From NCBI RefSeq assembly GCF_006345805.1, contig NC_043004.1, positions 99,262,001 through 99,326,000 on the forward strand: a stretch of DNA of 64,000 bases. Reading direction: 5' to 3'. The stretch comes from Octopus sinensis (taxonomy: Eukaryota). The notes beneath the pieces were generated by a model, which worked only from the letters and a program-made list of their open reading frames with translations, ran no database searches and had not been told where the DNA came from. Positions 52,490 through 64,000 of the stretch are shown here, in pieces (within the stretch, counting starts at the first letter, position 1; the number at the start of each line of letters is the position of its first letter). Made by a program: the position numbers and the translations under genes.

Positions 52490-52577
52490 GATGATGATGA
52501 TGATGATGATGAGGATGATGATGATGATGACGATGACGATGAGGATGATGACGATGACGATGACGATGAGGAGGAGG

Positions 52578-52626
<49 letters not shown>

Positions 52627-52724
52627 CGAAGATGATGATGAAGATGATGATGATGATGATGATGAAGATGATGATGATGAAGATGATGAGGATGAAGATG
52701 ATGATGATGAATATGATGATGATG

Positions 52725-52758
<34 letters not shown>

Positions 52759-52960
52759 CGAAGATGATGATGATGAAGATGATGATGATGATGATGAAGA
52801 TGATGATGATGAAGATGATGAGGATGAAGATGATGATGATGATGATGATGATGATGATAATGATGATGATAATGAAGATGATGATGATGAGGAGGATGAC
52901 TATGATGATGATGGCGATAACGATGACGACGGTGGTAGTGGGGTGAGGGTAGTGGTTTAG
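52370..52960. repeat. compound (GAT)n trinucleotide repeat with GAA/GAC/GAG variants
   Basis: Directly visible. It generates the poly-His, poly-Ile and poly-Met ORFs. Confidence 0.96.
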
Positions 52961-54109
52961 GTAGCAGTGGTGTTGGTGGTAGTGATGAGGGATAATGATG
53001 TTCCTGGCAAGAACGACAGAGATCAAAACAACGACGAATGTGATAGCATGAAGCTGATAATAGCGTCAGAAACGACGACGTGAAAGATGATAACATGGGC
53101 GACGACGATAATGATGATGACGATGATGATGGGATGTTCCCGCCACAACCATCAACACCACCAACGACTATGCGGTTCACGATGAAGATAACGGCGATAA
53201 CAACGGTGACGACGGGTACATCAGCTTATACAGAATGAGTAAATAATTCCGTACTGCTTTTAATGGGTTTTCGTTTCCTGATTGTTTCGGCCACGTAGCG
53301 ATTATAGATTGGATATATAAGATTAGTTACGATCAGAATACAACTGAAAGCGTAGATGAGGCAGAACAATTCTGTAAAGATTTTCTATGTTGTCAAATTG
53401 CCAAAGTCAAGTCAGTAGCATCGCCGATCACTGCTGTGATGAGATGAACTACGTTGAATCCATTTCGGCAACTATTTTAATTACTGTCTATATTTGTCAA
53501 ATAGAAGAAGGCTTTGCAGAGAACATCGATGTGATATGACAACTAATTCTAACGTTGTTTGTTACCTTTCATCATCAATGTTTCGTCTTGTCCTGTTGTA
53601 GATGAATATCAAACTGAAACGATGAATCAATAAATTCTTATTCAGATACATAATTTTGTCAACTTGCTTATATTTTCGTGTATATTTTTATTCCGTTGAT
53701 GTTATGTTTTGTTTGCTCTGATTCAATTTCATTCATGTATAAGGCCTTTCTTTTTATTTACAATTGTTTCAAACCTGCATCTCGTACAACTATGTCTTTA
53801 GCCATAACCCTCAAGTAGAGGAAAACTGCCTAACTTTTCCAATCAAAAGAAGGAATCAGTGCGATTTTCAAGATGGATTCAGTTGATAGCTCGATCCTCC
53901 CAACAAACGTCCGACGAATATCCGCAAATCATTAATACCCATGTACTGATTGGGTGCTTGCAAAAACTGCTCAACCGCTTTGCACGCATTTCGGAAAGAA
54001 CACTGGTATGTATGGTATGTATGTTATTATATATATATTATATATATATATATAGTGTGTGTGTGTGTGTGTGTGTGTGTGTCTCTGTGTTGTGTGAGTG
54101 TGTGTGTGT

Positions 54110-54315
54110 GTGTATGTTTGTGTTGTGTTTATCCCCCCAACATCACTTGACAACCGATGCTGGTGTGTTTACGTCCCCGTATCTTAGCAGTTCGGTAAAA
54201 GAGACCGATAGAATAAGTACTAGGCTTACAAAGAATAAGTCCTGGGGTCGATTTGCTCGATTAAAGGCGGTGCTCCAGCATGGTCACACTCAAATGACTG
54301 AAACAAGTAAATGAG
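54110..54315 (+). mobile_element. SINE 3' half (55501 family)
   Basis: CTTGACAACCGATGCTGGTGTGTTTACGTCCCCGT...AAAGGCGGTGCTCCAGCATGG...TGACTGAAACAAGTAAA. Confidence 0.9.
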
Positions 54316-54714
54316 AAATGAGTATATATATATATATGTGTGTGTGTATGTGTGTGTGCGTGTGTGTATGTATGTGTGTGTACATATATCTATGAAATTA
54401 CGCATGCATATCCACGTAAGTATACAACTATTCATACTAGCAAATACACTCATCTACGATGAAAGCATAAAATGAGGTAGGGAAGTCATAACACCAGTAT
54501 GTATTGAGAAGTGTGTTAATGGACTTGATAGATTGCTGGGTGATGTCTTAGAGAAATCACTTTATTGTTGATGATGCAGTATTCAAATGCAGCTATATGG
54601 CATATGTTTGCGACTAAGTGACATGTGATGACGATATGGTTATGTGGAGCTCTCCTAATGAAGCCACTTCATCCTTTCAACCACTACATAAAAAGCATCA
54701 AGAAAAAAATGTTA

Positions 54715-55042
54715 TTTGATAACACCCACAAAGTTATCAACCACCTCACCAACAACAACACTGAACACCTTTTTGATCTCCATGTGTCTAACACACGTGG
54801 ACATGCCTACAAAGTCAGAAAACAACACAGCTCCCATGACTTTCGGAAACATTTTTTCACGCTCAGAGTTGCTGAAGCATGGAATAAACTGCCTGCGTCA
54901 GTTGTTGACTGCCATGACACTGCATCCTTTAAGGCCCTCATGCTTTCCGAAATCCGCCGAAACTAAACCTGATTATATATACACTTTAGATGAGTTCTAG
55001 TGCACCTGAGCACTGTACACAATTATTATTATTATTATTATA
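54715..55042 (+). mobile_element. extreme 3' end of a CR1-like LINE with (TTA)n tail
   Basis: TRGHAYKVRK..RKHFFTLRVAEAWNKLPASVV..SFK, then a short UTR and (TTA)n. Confidence 0.88.
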
Positions 55043-55224
55043 TACTTTTATTTTAGTTGCTTACACTTTTTTACGCTTGTTTATACTCTTATACATTCAA
55101 AGTTCACAAAGTTCCTTATTTAAATTACGAATCATATTCCTTTCGACTATGAATCATATTCCTTTATTTCTAATCATATTAATATGATTACAAAACTTCT
55201 TTGCAGACAATATTTTCTGTTTGG

Positions 55225-55495
55225 TTGAAATTAATTTTCAAATTACAGTAGTCCGTCGCTCAACTCATAGCACGTACAGCTGGCCGTGTGTAATCATCGG
55301 AGTGGGTAAAAATATGCCAACACCATCCACAGTCTGGCTCTGTGCCTTGTTTGATGTGAATGCACGAGCGACATCTTTCGGAATCTGCTCATCGATGATG
55401 AGAAAGAAAGGGATAGTATCGCAAATTTAAACACTCTAAATTCACGAACTATACGGTGATGGTGTGGGGAAATCCAGAGTTAATCCTCGTCGCCG
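55225..55495 (-). pseudogene. Helitron RepHel PIF1-like helicase C-terminal fragment
   Basis: Minus strand QIP..ARAFTSNKAQSQTVDGVGIFLPTPMITHGQLYV (cf. QFP.RLAFAMTINKSQGQT..VG..L..PVF.HGQLYVA.SR). Confidence 0.8.
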
Positions 55496-55500
55496 AAATA

Positions 55501-55895
55501 CTCTTTACTCTTTTACTTGTTTCAGTCATTTGACTGAGGCCATGCTGGAGCACCGCCTTTAGTCGAACAAATGGAGCTCAGGACTTATTCTTTGTAAACC
55601 TAGTACTTATTATATCAGTCTCTTTTGCCGAACCGCTAAGTTACGGGGATGTAAACACACCAGCGTCGGTTGTCAAGCGATGTCTGGAGGACAAACACAT
55701 ACACGCAAAGATACATATATATATATACATATATACGACGGGCTTCTTTCAGTTTCCGTCTACCAAATCCACTCACAAGGCATTAGTCGGCCCGAGGCTA
55801 CAGTAGAAGACACTTGCCCAAGGTGCGACGTAGTGGGCCTGAACGCGGAACCATGTGGTTCGTAAGCAAGCTACTTACCACACAGGCACTCCTAC
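55501..55895 (-). mobile_element. full-length tRNA-derived SINE with internal (TA/TG)n and CR1-like tail
   Basis: Head GTAGGAGTGCCTGTGTGGTAAG, central microsatellite, tail GGCGGTGCTCCAGCATGGCC..TGACTGAAACAAGTAAAAGAGTAAAGAG. Confidence 0.92.
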
Positions 55896-55959
55896 AAAAA
55901 CAAAATCAAAGGTGATTTATTAATACAAAATTCAGTATCCACTAAATAATACCTTTTAA

Positions 55960-56320
55960 CATTTTCTCCTGATTACCTTCTTCGTAATTCCTAGAAACTT
56001 CGCACCATTGGTCCGGCGATTTCACTGTGAAAAGGAAACAGACACACAGACAGGCATACGCCAATTACAGTAAGAAGTAGACTTACTTCCCTTTACTTCT
56101 TTTATTAGATATCTCCCACTTAATTTTTATTTACTTATTTTCACGCCCGTAAACTGAAAAATTATCCTCAATATTCACTAAATAACCATGCTTTTTCACA
56201 TTTTGTTTTTGCTAAAAACCTTTCTGATTATCTCCTTGGTAATCCTGAAAAGCATCGTGAGTATTGATCTAGCGGATTGACCGTGAAGAGGGTACAGACA
56301 GATGGACATAACGCCCAGTG
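55960..56320 (-). mobile_element. two degenerate Helitron-like core repeats
   Basis: CTGATTA.CT.CTT.GTAAT.C...GCG.TT..C.GTGAA...ACAGACA at about 55965-56055 and 56220-56315, resembling the ACAGACAG 5' block of the 6858 Helitron. Confidence 0.4.
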
Positions 56321-56894
56321 TTTGTGTGTGTGACTGTTTGCATGCATATGTAGAAGTATAAGTGTATACGCACAAACACAGATTAGTGCATGTGAGTAAA
56401 CGTATTTTTTTAGTTAGTAATGAACAAACGACTATACCCGCATATGTGTTTGTTTATATATGTAAATATTTGTGTGTGTAAATATATTGTCATATAAGCA
56501 TAAACATATATATTTATATGTAAATATACACATGTGTGTGTGTGTGGTGGGATACGAATGCATATATAGGCTGCGTGGAGATGTACGATTTATTTTCTAA
56601 TCCTAGAAGCTGAATGATTTGCATGCTCGAAAATTATCAGAAGAAAAAGCATAAATTTGAAAGTAGTGAATTTAGCATCAATGCTACATGTATTATTTAG
56701 ACGGAATGGAGCTTATAGCATTCAAGGAGACTTTACGTAACCTCATTTTCTTCTTTTCTTTATGTCTAGCATTCTGTGTTTTAGTATTGCAAAGGTATTA
56801 TTATCGCCGTTGTTGTTGTTGTTGTTGTCATTGCTGCAAATGATCGTAATTATAAACAATAATAGTAATAGCAACAATGTAAATAACAACTGCA

Positions 56895-56991
56895 ATATAA
56901 TAATAATAATAATAATATAATAATAATGATAATAATAGTAATAATAATAACAATAATAATTATAATAATAATAATAATAATCATAATAATA

Positions 56992-57047
<56 letters not shown>

Positions 57048-57138
57048 TAATAATAATAATAATAATAGTATAATAATAATAATAATAAAATAATAATAAT
57101 AATAATAATAATAGTAATAATAGTAATAATAATAATAG

Positions 57139-57191
<53 letters not shown>

Positions 57192-57200
57192 GTAATAAGA
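56895..57200. repeat. (AAT)n microsatellite
   Basis: Directly visible. Confidence 0.96.
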
Positions 57201-57585
57201 ATTTTATTAATCTAGTGTCTTCTATGCCACTTACAAACCTACATATATACACACTTATACGTATATATAAATATATGTTTATATATATATGTTTGTGTGT
57301 GTGTATGTATATATATATATATATATATATAACATATATATATATATACACACACACATAAATGGATGCATAAAAACACAGATTCCCACACTGGTTCATA
57401 TATTAGTAAATATATACATTCGTACACGAATCACTTCGTATATATGTGCGTATGTGTGGAAATAGCAAGACTCTCGTGTGTAGTTGGCCGATTCATAATG
57501 GTTTCCTATTCATGGAAAAGAACAAAAGATTACATAGGCGTATGTATTTTCACATATCGATGGGTGTGTGAGTGTTCATATATAT

Positions 57586-57617
<32 letters not shown>

Positions 57618-57714
57618 ATTATACATGTATATACATATAATATACATGTAAAAATCCACATACATATACATATATGTATATATATATATATATTATATAT
57701 ATATATATATACAT

Positions 57715-57756
<42 letters not shown>

Positions 57757-58404
57757 TAGATAGATAGATAGATAGATATATGTCTGTATATATATACATA
57801 TATATACGTATTTGTTATGCATATATATATATATATGTGTGTCTGTGTGTGTATATATGTATATACATATGTGTATATATATTCACACACACTTATACAT
57901 GTATATATACGCACATACATGCATAGATATATATGCCTTATGCCACATACGCATATATTTATAAAACACATACATGTACTTTACGACTCCTTTAAAACGT
58001 CTGCTAATGGATATAAAGATATAAAGAGAAAAAAAAAAGTTACTGTATTTCTTAACACCAAACAATGGCAGAAGAATCACACTGAACAACACCAAATGAA
58101 AAAAAAAATGAATTGAAATGAAATGAAAGAAAGTTAAGAAGTGAAATATGAAGAAAGAGCTTTGCTATGTAATTCTGAATCCAGATCACATATGTTGTTA
58201 ATGGTAGGGAAAAGAAAAAAGATACTAAGCAGAAAATATATATTGTTAAATAAAGCCTTTTCAACGAACGACACAAATACCGATGTACAAATATAATATA
58301 GATTTATGGAATCATACCTCGTTGGTTTATATATTGAAATATATGTGCGTCTATATATATATATATATATGTTTATTTCACTGTGTGTGTATATGTGCGC
58401 ATGG

Positions 58405-58444
<40 letters not shown>

Positions 58445-58655
58445 CTTTATTTAAAGCAGCAGAAAATTCAACAAAACCTGTTACTCTGAGTTTCACGTTG
58501 CCGTTCGTCGGACAGTTTTTGCTAGCAAGGTGAAACTCAGAGTAACAGGTTTTGTTGAATGTTCTGCTGCTTTAAATAAAGCATATTACTCTACCACTGG
58601 TATTTGAGTACTCTTTTTTCCACCCTGTTTCACATTTATGTGTTTACTCCGGTAT
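58445..58655. mobile_element. (TA)n-embedded mini element: 57 bp inverted arms, hammerhead-like motif, 3' tail
   Basis: Arms 58445-58501 and 58525-58581. Minus strand CTGT-CCGACGA-ACGGCAACGT-GAAA-CTCAGAG-TA-ACAG at 58478-58515. AATAAA lies at the arm end. Confidence 0.78.
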
Positions 58656-58704
58656 TTATATATATATATACATACATACATACATACATACATACATACA
58701 TACA

Positions 58705-58739
<35 letters not shown>

Positions 58740-58844
58740 TAATATGTATATAGATATGCGTGTGTGTATGCATTGATTTGTGTATGAGAGAATTTATGTG
58801 CCTCTGCATGTAAATATGTTTGTATATTCATATGCACATATATG

Positions 58845-58883
<39 letters not shown>

Positions 58884-59236
58884 TTGTGTGCACGTATATA
58901 TATATATATATATACATGCGTAAATAACTTTAAGAAGATATACGCATATAAATGTTAACCTAATAGCCCACATATATATACATATGCATGCATTGAAACA
59001 TATATACTTATATGTATACACACACACACAAACACACACACACACACATGCACTCGCGCGCACACATACACACACACGCACACACACATACATATATATA
59101 TACATACATACTCAACAAGAATATCGTTCGAAAGCAACTCTAGTATGCAAACTTTACAAATATGTATTCTTTTATTTTGTCATTTTCTGTCCACTCTTTC
59201 ATTGTACCTTTCTCTCTCCATTCCCATGTCTATAAA

Positions 59237-59269
<33 letters not shown>

Positions 59270-59299
59270 TTCTTCTTCTTCTTCTTCTTGTGATTATTA

Positions 59300-59363
<64 letters not shown>

Positions 59364-59764
59364 CATCATCATCATTATCATTATTAGTTAATATTTTGCT
59401 GGACAATAAGTTTTGATGAATTATCGTCTCTAAATGTGTTTTAAGGTTTTTGTAGCTGTCAAAAACAAATTCAATTTTTCCCAGCGGATAATGTTTTGCA
59501 CATCACCATATTCCCAGAAACATATTTCTACTCCGTATTTATATATTTAATATATTTTTTATTAGCATACATCTTCTTATGCTTGTTCTATAAAATCCCG
59601 TGGAAAACGTCTCGTCTATAATACATTTAATTCTGCAATGTCTACTGTCTGGAATATAGTTGTGTCACAATAACTATATAGAAGAATAAACGTGTATACC
59701 TATACGCGTATTCCTTTATATTGCTTTGTGTTCTCTATATAATTACGCATATGCATGTTAGCTC

Positions 59765-60360
59765 GTAGGTATGTGACTCTCCCGTGCGGTCTGTATAACG
59801 AGCAACGAGTCTTCTCCAACCATCCCGATTATTTGCTTTCCTGTTATGTCTACTCGTGCTGATTCACATTGCTGTCACATCGTCCTGGAACTTACTGCGC
59901 TTCGTCATCCTCGGTTTTACATCCTCGTTCATTTCCCTCCCTCCGGTTTCCACTCCATTACAATGACAGCTTGTCACTTCTGCAGTAAGTGAATCATGTG
60001 GCCAGTAAACCGTACCCGCCGCTTAGTCTCTATGTTCTGCAAACTTCCTTTGTCACTCGTTACATCATCATTTCTCACTCTGTACCAGTAAGTAACGTAC
60101 AGGATTGAATATAGGCAGTGTCGATGGAGCAAGTCCAGTAATGGAGAGATTTTCGCTATCTTCTTCCAGCTTTCACGTGTGTGAACGGCTGTTGGTAAAA
60201 CAATAGATAAGTATAGCTACAGGGTTATCTTCTTACTGGTGTCCTTTCGTTTTCAAATTGGACAAAGGCTTTGGAATATTGATGTATTCTCTATCCTGAT
60301 CTTGGCTTCAAATTTTGAATCATCCTCTTTGAAAATACAGTTTCCAAGTTTCCAGTTATA
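59765..60360 (-). mobile_element. decayed RTE LINE 3' part
   Basis: LYLSIVLPTAVH..ESW, HRHCLYSILYVTYWYRVRNDDV, RRVRFTGHMI, MEWKP. Confidence 0.75.
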
Positions 60361-61705
60361 AGGGTTCTCACACAAAATACTACGTTAGAATATTCACTGC
60401 AGACTCGGCGCGTATCTCACTGACTTAAAAGATCGTTGATCCACTATTCCTTAATATATCTACTTAATCTTACCCTGCATTACCTTGATTTGTTTTTACC
60501 TATTTCAATCTCATCCTATTGTTATGTATTTTGCTGTGTTAAGTTGCATGTTTATATACCAAATGCCTTCAAAATGCAAAATGCTTTATGGATACCTATG
60601 ACAGAAGTATGTCCAATTATATCAATTTCTTCCATGGTGAATTTGAAAATTTCTTCGCGTAGTTTACATTTGTCAACCATAGTCATCTAGGAGTGCAAAA
60701 TATACTCCGATGCTTTCTCTAAGAAAGCTGTGCAATCTCTCTAATTGGAAAGCAACATGAATCTCCTTTGTTTATTCACTTTCTACACCAGTACACTTGA
60801 TTAAAGTACCGTTAAACCGATCTCTGTGTACAATCAGTACACATTGAAACCGTCGTCTCTTTCGTCTGCAAATCTAACAAAAAATATTTCAAACAGGGAA
60901 ATATATTTTATGCCGCGAGGAAGAGAAGTCTCGTTATTTTATGCCTCGCAGCATAAGATTTATTCTAATGTTTGAACTATTTTAAATGTGTCGCTCTGCC
61001 ATATTTTCCTTCCATTTTTCTTCATCTTCTTGAAAATTTATATTCATTTCCTTCTTCAATTTTTGCATAAAGATATATGAGTCTGTAATTTTTTTATCCT
61101 CTAGGCCTCAATACACTTATCTCATCGTAACTGCCGCTTTCCTGTTTTTTCTCCGTCCTTTTCTTTGTCTCTATTCTAGGTCTGGCGTTTATATATTTGT
61201 TAATCGATTTCATTTGCTATTATCCACCTGTTTCCACACACATATACACACACACACGTAATATTTGGGCAAAATTACGCTATTGTATTCTGAATTAACG
61301 AATGCTTTAGAATTCGAGAACTTATGTCGTACTCTTCGTATTTTTGCATCCACTTCTGATTCATCCAGAGTTCCACCACACCATCTCCCGCTATCGTGAG
61401 ATTTTCGCTTTTGAATAGTTGTATTAATGTTATTTATTATTCATTTTACTTCAAATTTCTTTTCTTCTTCTACCTTGCCTGCGTTTATGTCTTACCCATT
61501 CATCTCCCAGTTTTATTTCATATTTTAAATATATCTCCCTATGCTTTCTCGACCGTGTTATTTTAAATGATTGTGTACGTGTGTGCATGCGTCTCTATGC
61601 ATGTGTGGATGTGTGTGTGTGTGTGTGTGTGTGCATACATCTGTATGTGTGTGTCTTTGGGTCTGTGTTCTTTGGTGCGTTATGTCACAGCTACCTTGCG
61701 GTTCG

Positions 61706-61778
<73 letters not shown>

Positions 61779-61780
<2 letters not shown>

Positions 61781-64000
61781 TTGATTGATTGATTGATGAT
61801 TGATTGATTCTAGTTTCAGCTTATGAGCTGTGGCCATGCTGGGGCACCGCCATTTGGTGTTGCTACTTGGTTTCACTTCATGGAGGCTTTCTAGCAGCTG
61901 CTATTTGGTGCATGAGAGAGTTCGATGCAGCTGCCCTCATCTGCCCCTCCTGCCGTGAAGTTGGTTGATCTGGGATACCTGACAGGAAGAGATCCAGCTT
62001 CATTTTAAAGACATCTGTATCCACCCCATGCAGGTCTTTCAGGTTCTTCGGGAGGATATTGAAGAGCTGTGGGCCTCGGAAGCCCAGGCTATCACAGTAT
62101 CTTGTCCTACATCTTGATGGCAGGTTTGGAGTCCTAGGCACCACGCAGTGGCGCCCAGTTCTGGCATTTGCGTAACTCTCGATGCCAAAGTTCAGGACAC
62201 TTCCCTCCAGGATCTTCCAGATGTATATTATGGCATATCTTTCCCGCCTACGCTCCAGGGAATATAATTTTAATCTCTTGAGTCTTTCCCAGTAGCTTAC
62301 ATTCTGCATAGAGGCTATCTTCTTTTGTAGTTTCGTTGGATCGCCTCAAGTTCTGTGATCAACTTGACACTGGATGGTGACCATAGCTGAGAGCAATAGT
62401 CAAAGTGGCTTGGGACAAGTGTCTTCCAGAGGACCATCATGGTTTCTTGTTCTCTTGTTCTAAAGTTCTAAGAATCCATCCAGCCAGCCGTCTACATTTC
62501 ATTGTCAGTTTAGCAACATGTACATGAAAGGTCGCGTCATCACTCATGTGAATACCCAGGTCACGCACTGATTGTGCCTCTGGGATTGCAATCCCTCCGG
62601 TCCAGTGTATTCATTGGGTATTGCATTCAGTTTTGCATGCTGATAGTATAAGCTTGAAACTTTCCAGCATTGCACTGCATGCTATTCTTTTCAGCCCACC
62701 TGTATATTTCGTCCAGCTCACATTGCAGGTGTTTAGTGTCCTCAGGGTTTTGTATTGCCTGTGAAACTTTTTTATCATCTGCATAACTTGTGATCGTGGC
62801 TCTCTGCGTGGCTGAGGGCATGTCTGAGAGGGCCATTATGAACAGTAGTGGTCCCAGAACAGTGCCCTGCGGAACACCGCTCACTATTTGTGTGTTAATG
62901 GAGGTGGCCCCATTGGCTACCACCACCTGACTTCTATCCTTCAGAAAGTCATGAAGCCATTCTCCCAGTTTTCCAACTATGTTGAGATCACGCAGTTTGT
63001 GACATATCATTCCATGATCGACTTTATCAAAGGCCTTTGCAAAGTCGAGATATATCACTTCCACATTTGAGTGGTTGAGCAGCCGTTTCAGCACCCAGTC
63101 ATAGTGTTGTAGGAGCTGAGTTAAACAGCTTCTCCCTGGTCGGAAACCATGTTGGGTGTCGGGCAGCAAGTCATTCTCTTCAAGGAAGGTGATCAGCTTC
63201 CTTCTGACTATTTGTTCCATGACCTTGCTGATGTGTGAGGTCAGAGAGATAGGTCTATAGTTCTTGGCTTCCGCTCTGCTACCTCCTTTATGAATGGGGC
63301 ATATTTTACCTTCCTTCAGTTTTCCTGGAAGTTTGACAGCTGCAAGGAAGCTCTGAAAGAGGAACTGCAGTGGTCTTGCTAGGACTCTCTTACATGCTTT
63401 TAGGAGGATTGCCGGGAATCCATCGGGGCCAGTAGCTGAGTCTGTTTTCATTTCATCTATAGCCTTTGTTACATCGTCTTCCTTTGTATCGATGTAATCT
63501 ATCGCCGCCGCCTCTAATTTTATATCTGCAGTGGTAAAAAAGTCAGTTGGATTGGTGATTTGGAGATGCCCAGGGTGGAGTGAAAACTCTTGAATTGCTC
63601 ATTCAGTATTTCACTTACCCTCATTGGTTTTCCTGTAAGTGTGCCATCCTTTTCGAGGAGTGGCCCTATTCTACAGTGCACTGTAGCTGTTTCTTTGGCA
63701 TACCTGTAGAAAGCTCTGGGGTTAGATTTTATGTTTTCTATAGCCCAGGCTTCTTTGTCTGCTCTTTCTTTTTCATGGGAGAGTTGCAGACATTTTTCGA
63801 TTTCCACAGTTTTTAGTTTTAGGCGGGACTTTTCACTGCTTTCAATCTGTTTGTTTAGGCGATTTGAAAATTTCGTACGCCGTCTCATTAAAATTTTCCT
63901 CTCTCTGGGGATTTTGTTCTTGTGTACAGTGGCCTTTCTCTCTGGGACACATTTGTAGCATATGGCTTGCATTACAGACATGAATTGTTGAAGTTTCACG
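61779..64000 (-). mobile_element. CR1-group LINE, copy 2, inverted and running off the window end
   Basis: Closely colinear with 10724-12960. RT ORF 62627..63451 with SGVPQG and YADD. The (ATCA)n tail abuts (AAT)n at 61707-61778. Confidence 0.96.

Noticed and set aside
52236-53180. 314 aa poly-His ORF and the overlapping poly-Ile and poly-Met ORFs
   Set aside because: They are alternative frames of the (GAT)n repeat.

Overview
AT-rich, microsatellite-saturated eukaryotic DNA. The SINE families, repeat types and composition point to a coleoid cephalopod, most likely Octopus (inference). I found no convincing host protein-coding exon, so the window is probably intergenic or intronic. Nearly all ORFs in the track are artefacts of (TA)n, (CA)n, (TAA)n or (GAT)n repeats. 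The real content is mobile DNA. There are two near-identical CR1-like LINE copies in opposite orientation, other CR1 and RTE remnants, an R4/Dong-like restriction-endonuclease LINE inside (TAA)n, a Penelope-like element (RT plus GIY-YIG) with an inverted pseudo-LTR inside (TA)n, further Penelope remnants, two mariner deletion derivatives, Helitron/Helentron-type elements, a probable decayed gypsy integrase, several modular tRNA-derived SINEs and fold-back palindromes. Three results stand out. (1) About a dozen type I hammerhead-ribozyme-like motifs occur, mostly in short non-coding (TA)n-embedded units with Penelope-style inverted architecture. (2) A ~555 bp non-coding element sits at (TAA)n in all three copies and twice lies directly upstream of a Dong-like LINE. 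(3) Two SINE/LINE 3'-tail partnerships and head/tail swapping among SINEs are visible within the window. All alignments and folds were done by eye, so boundaries are approximate.
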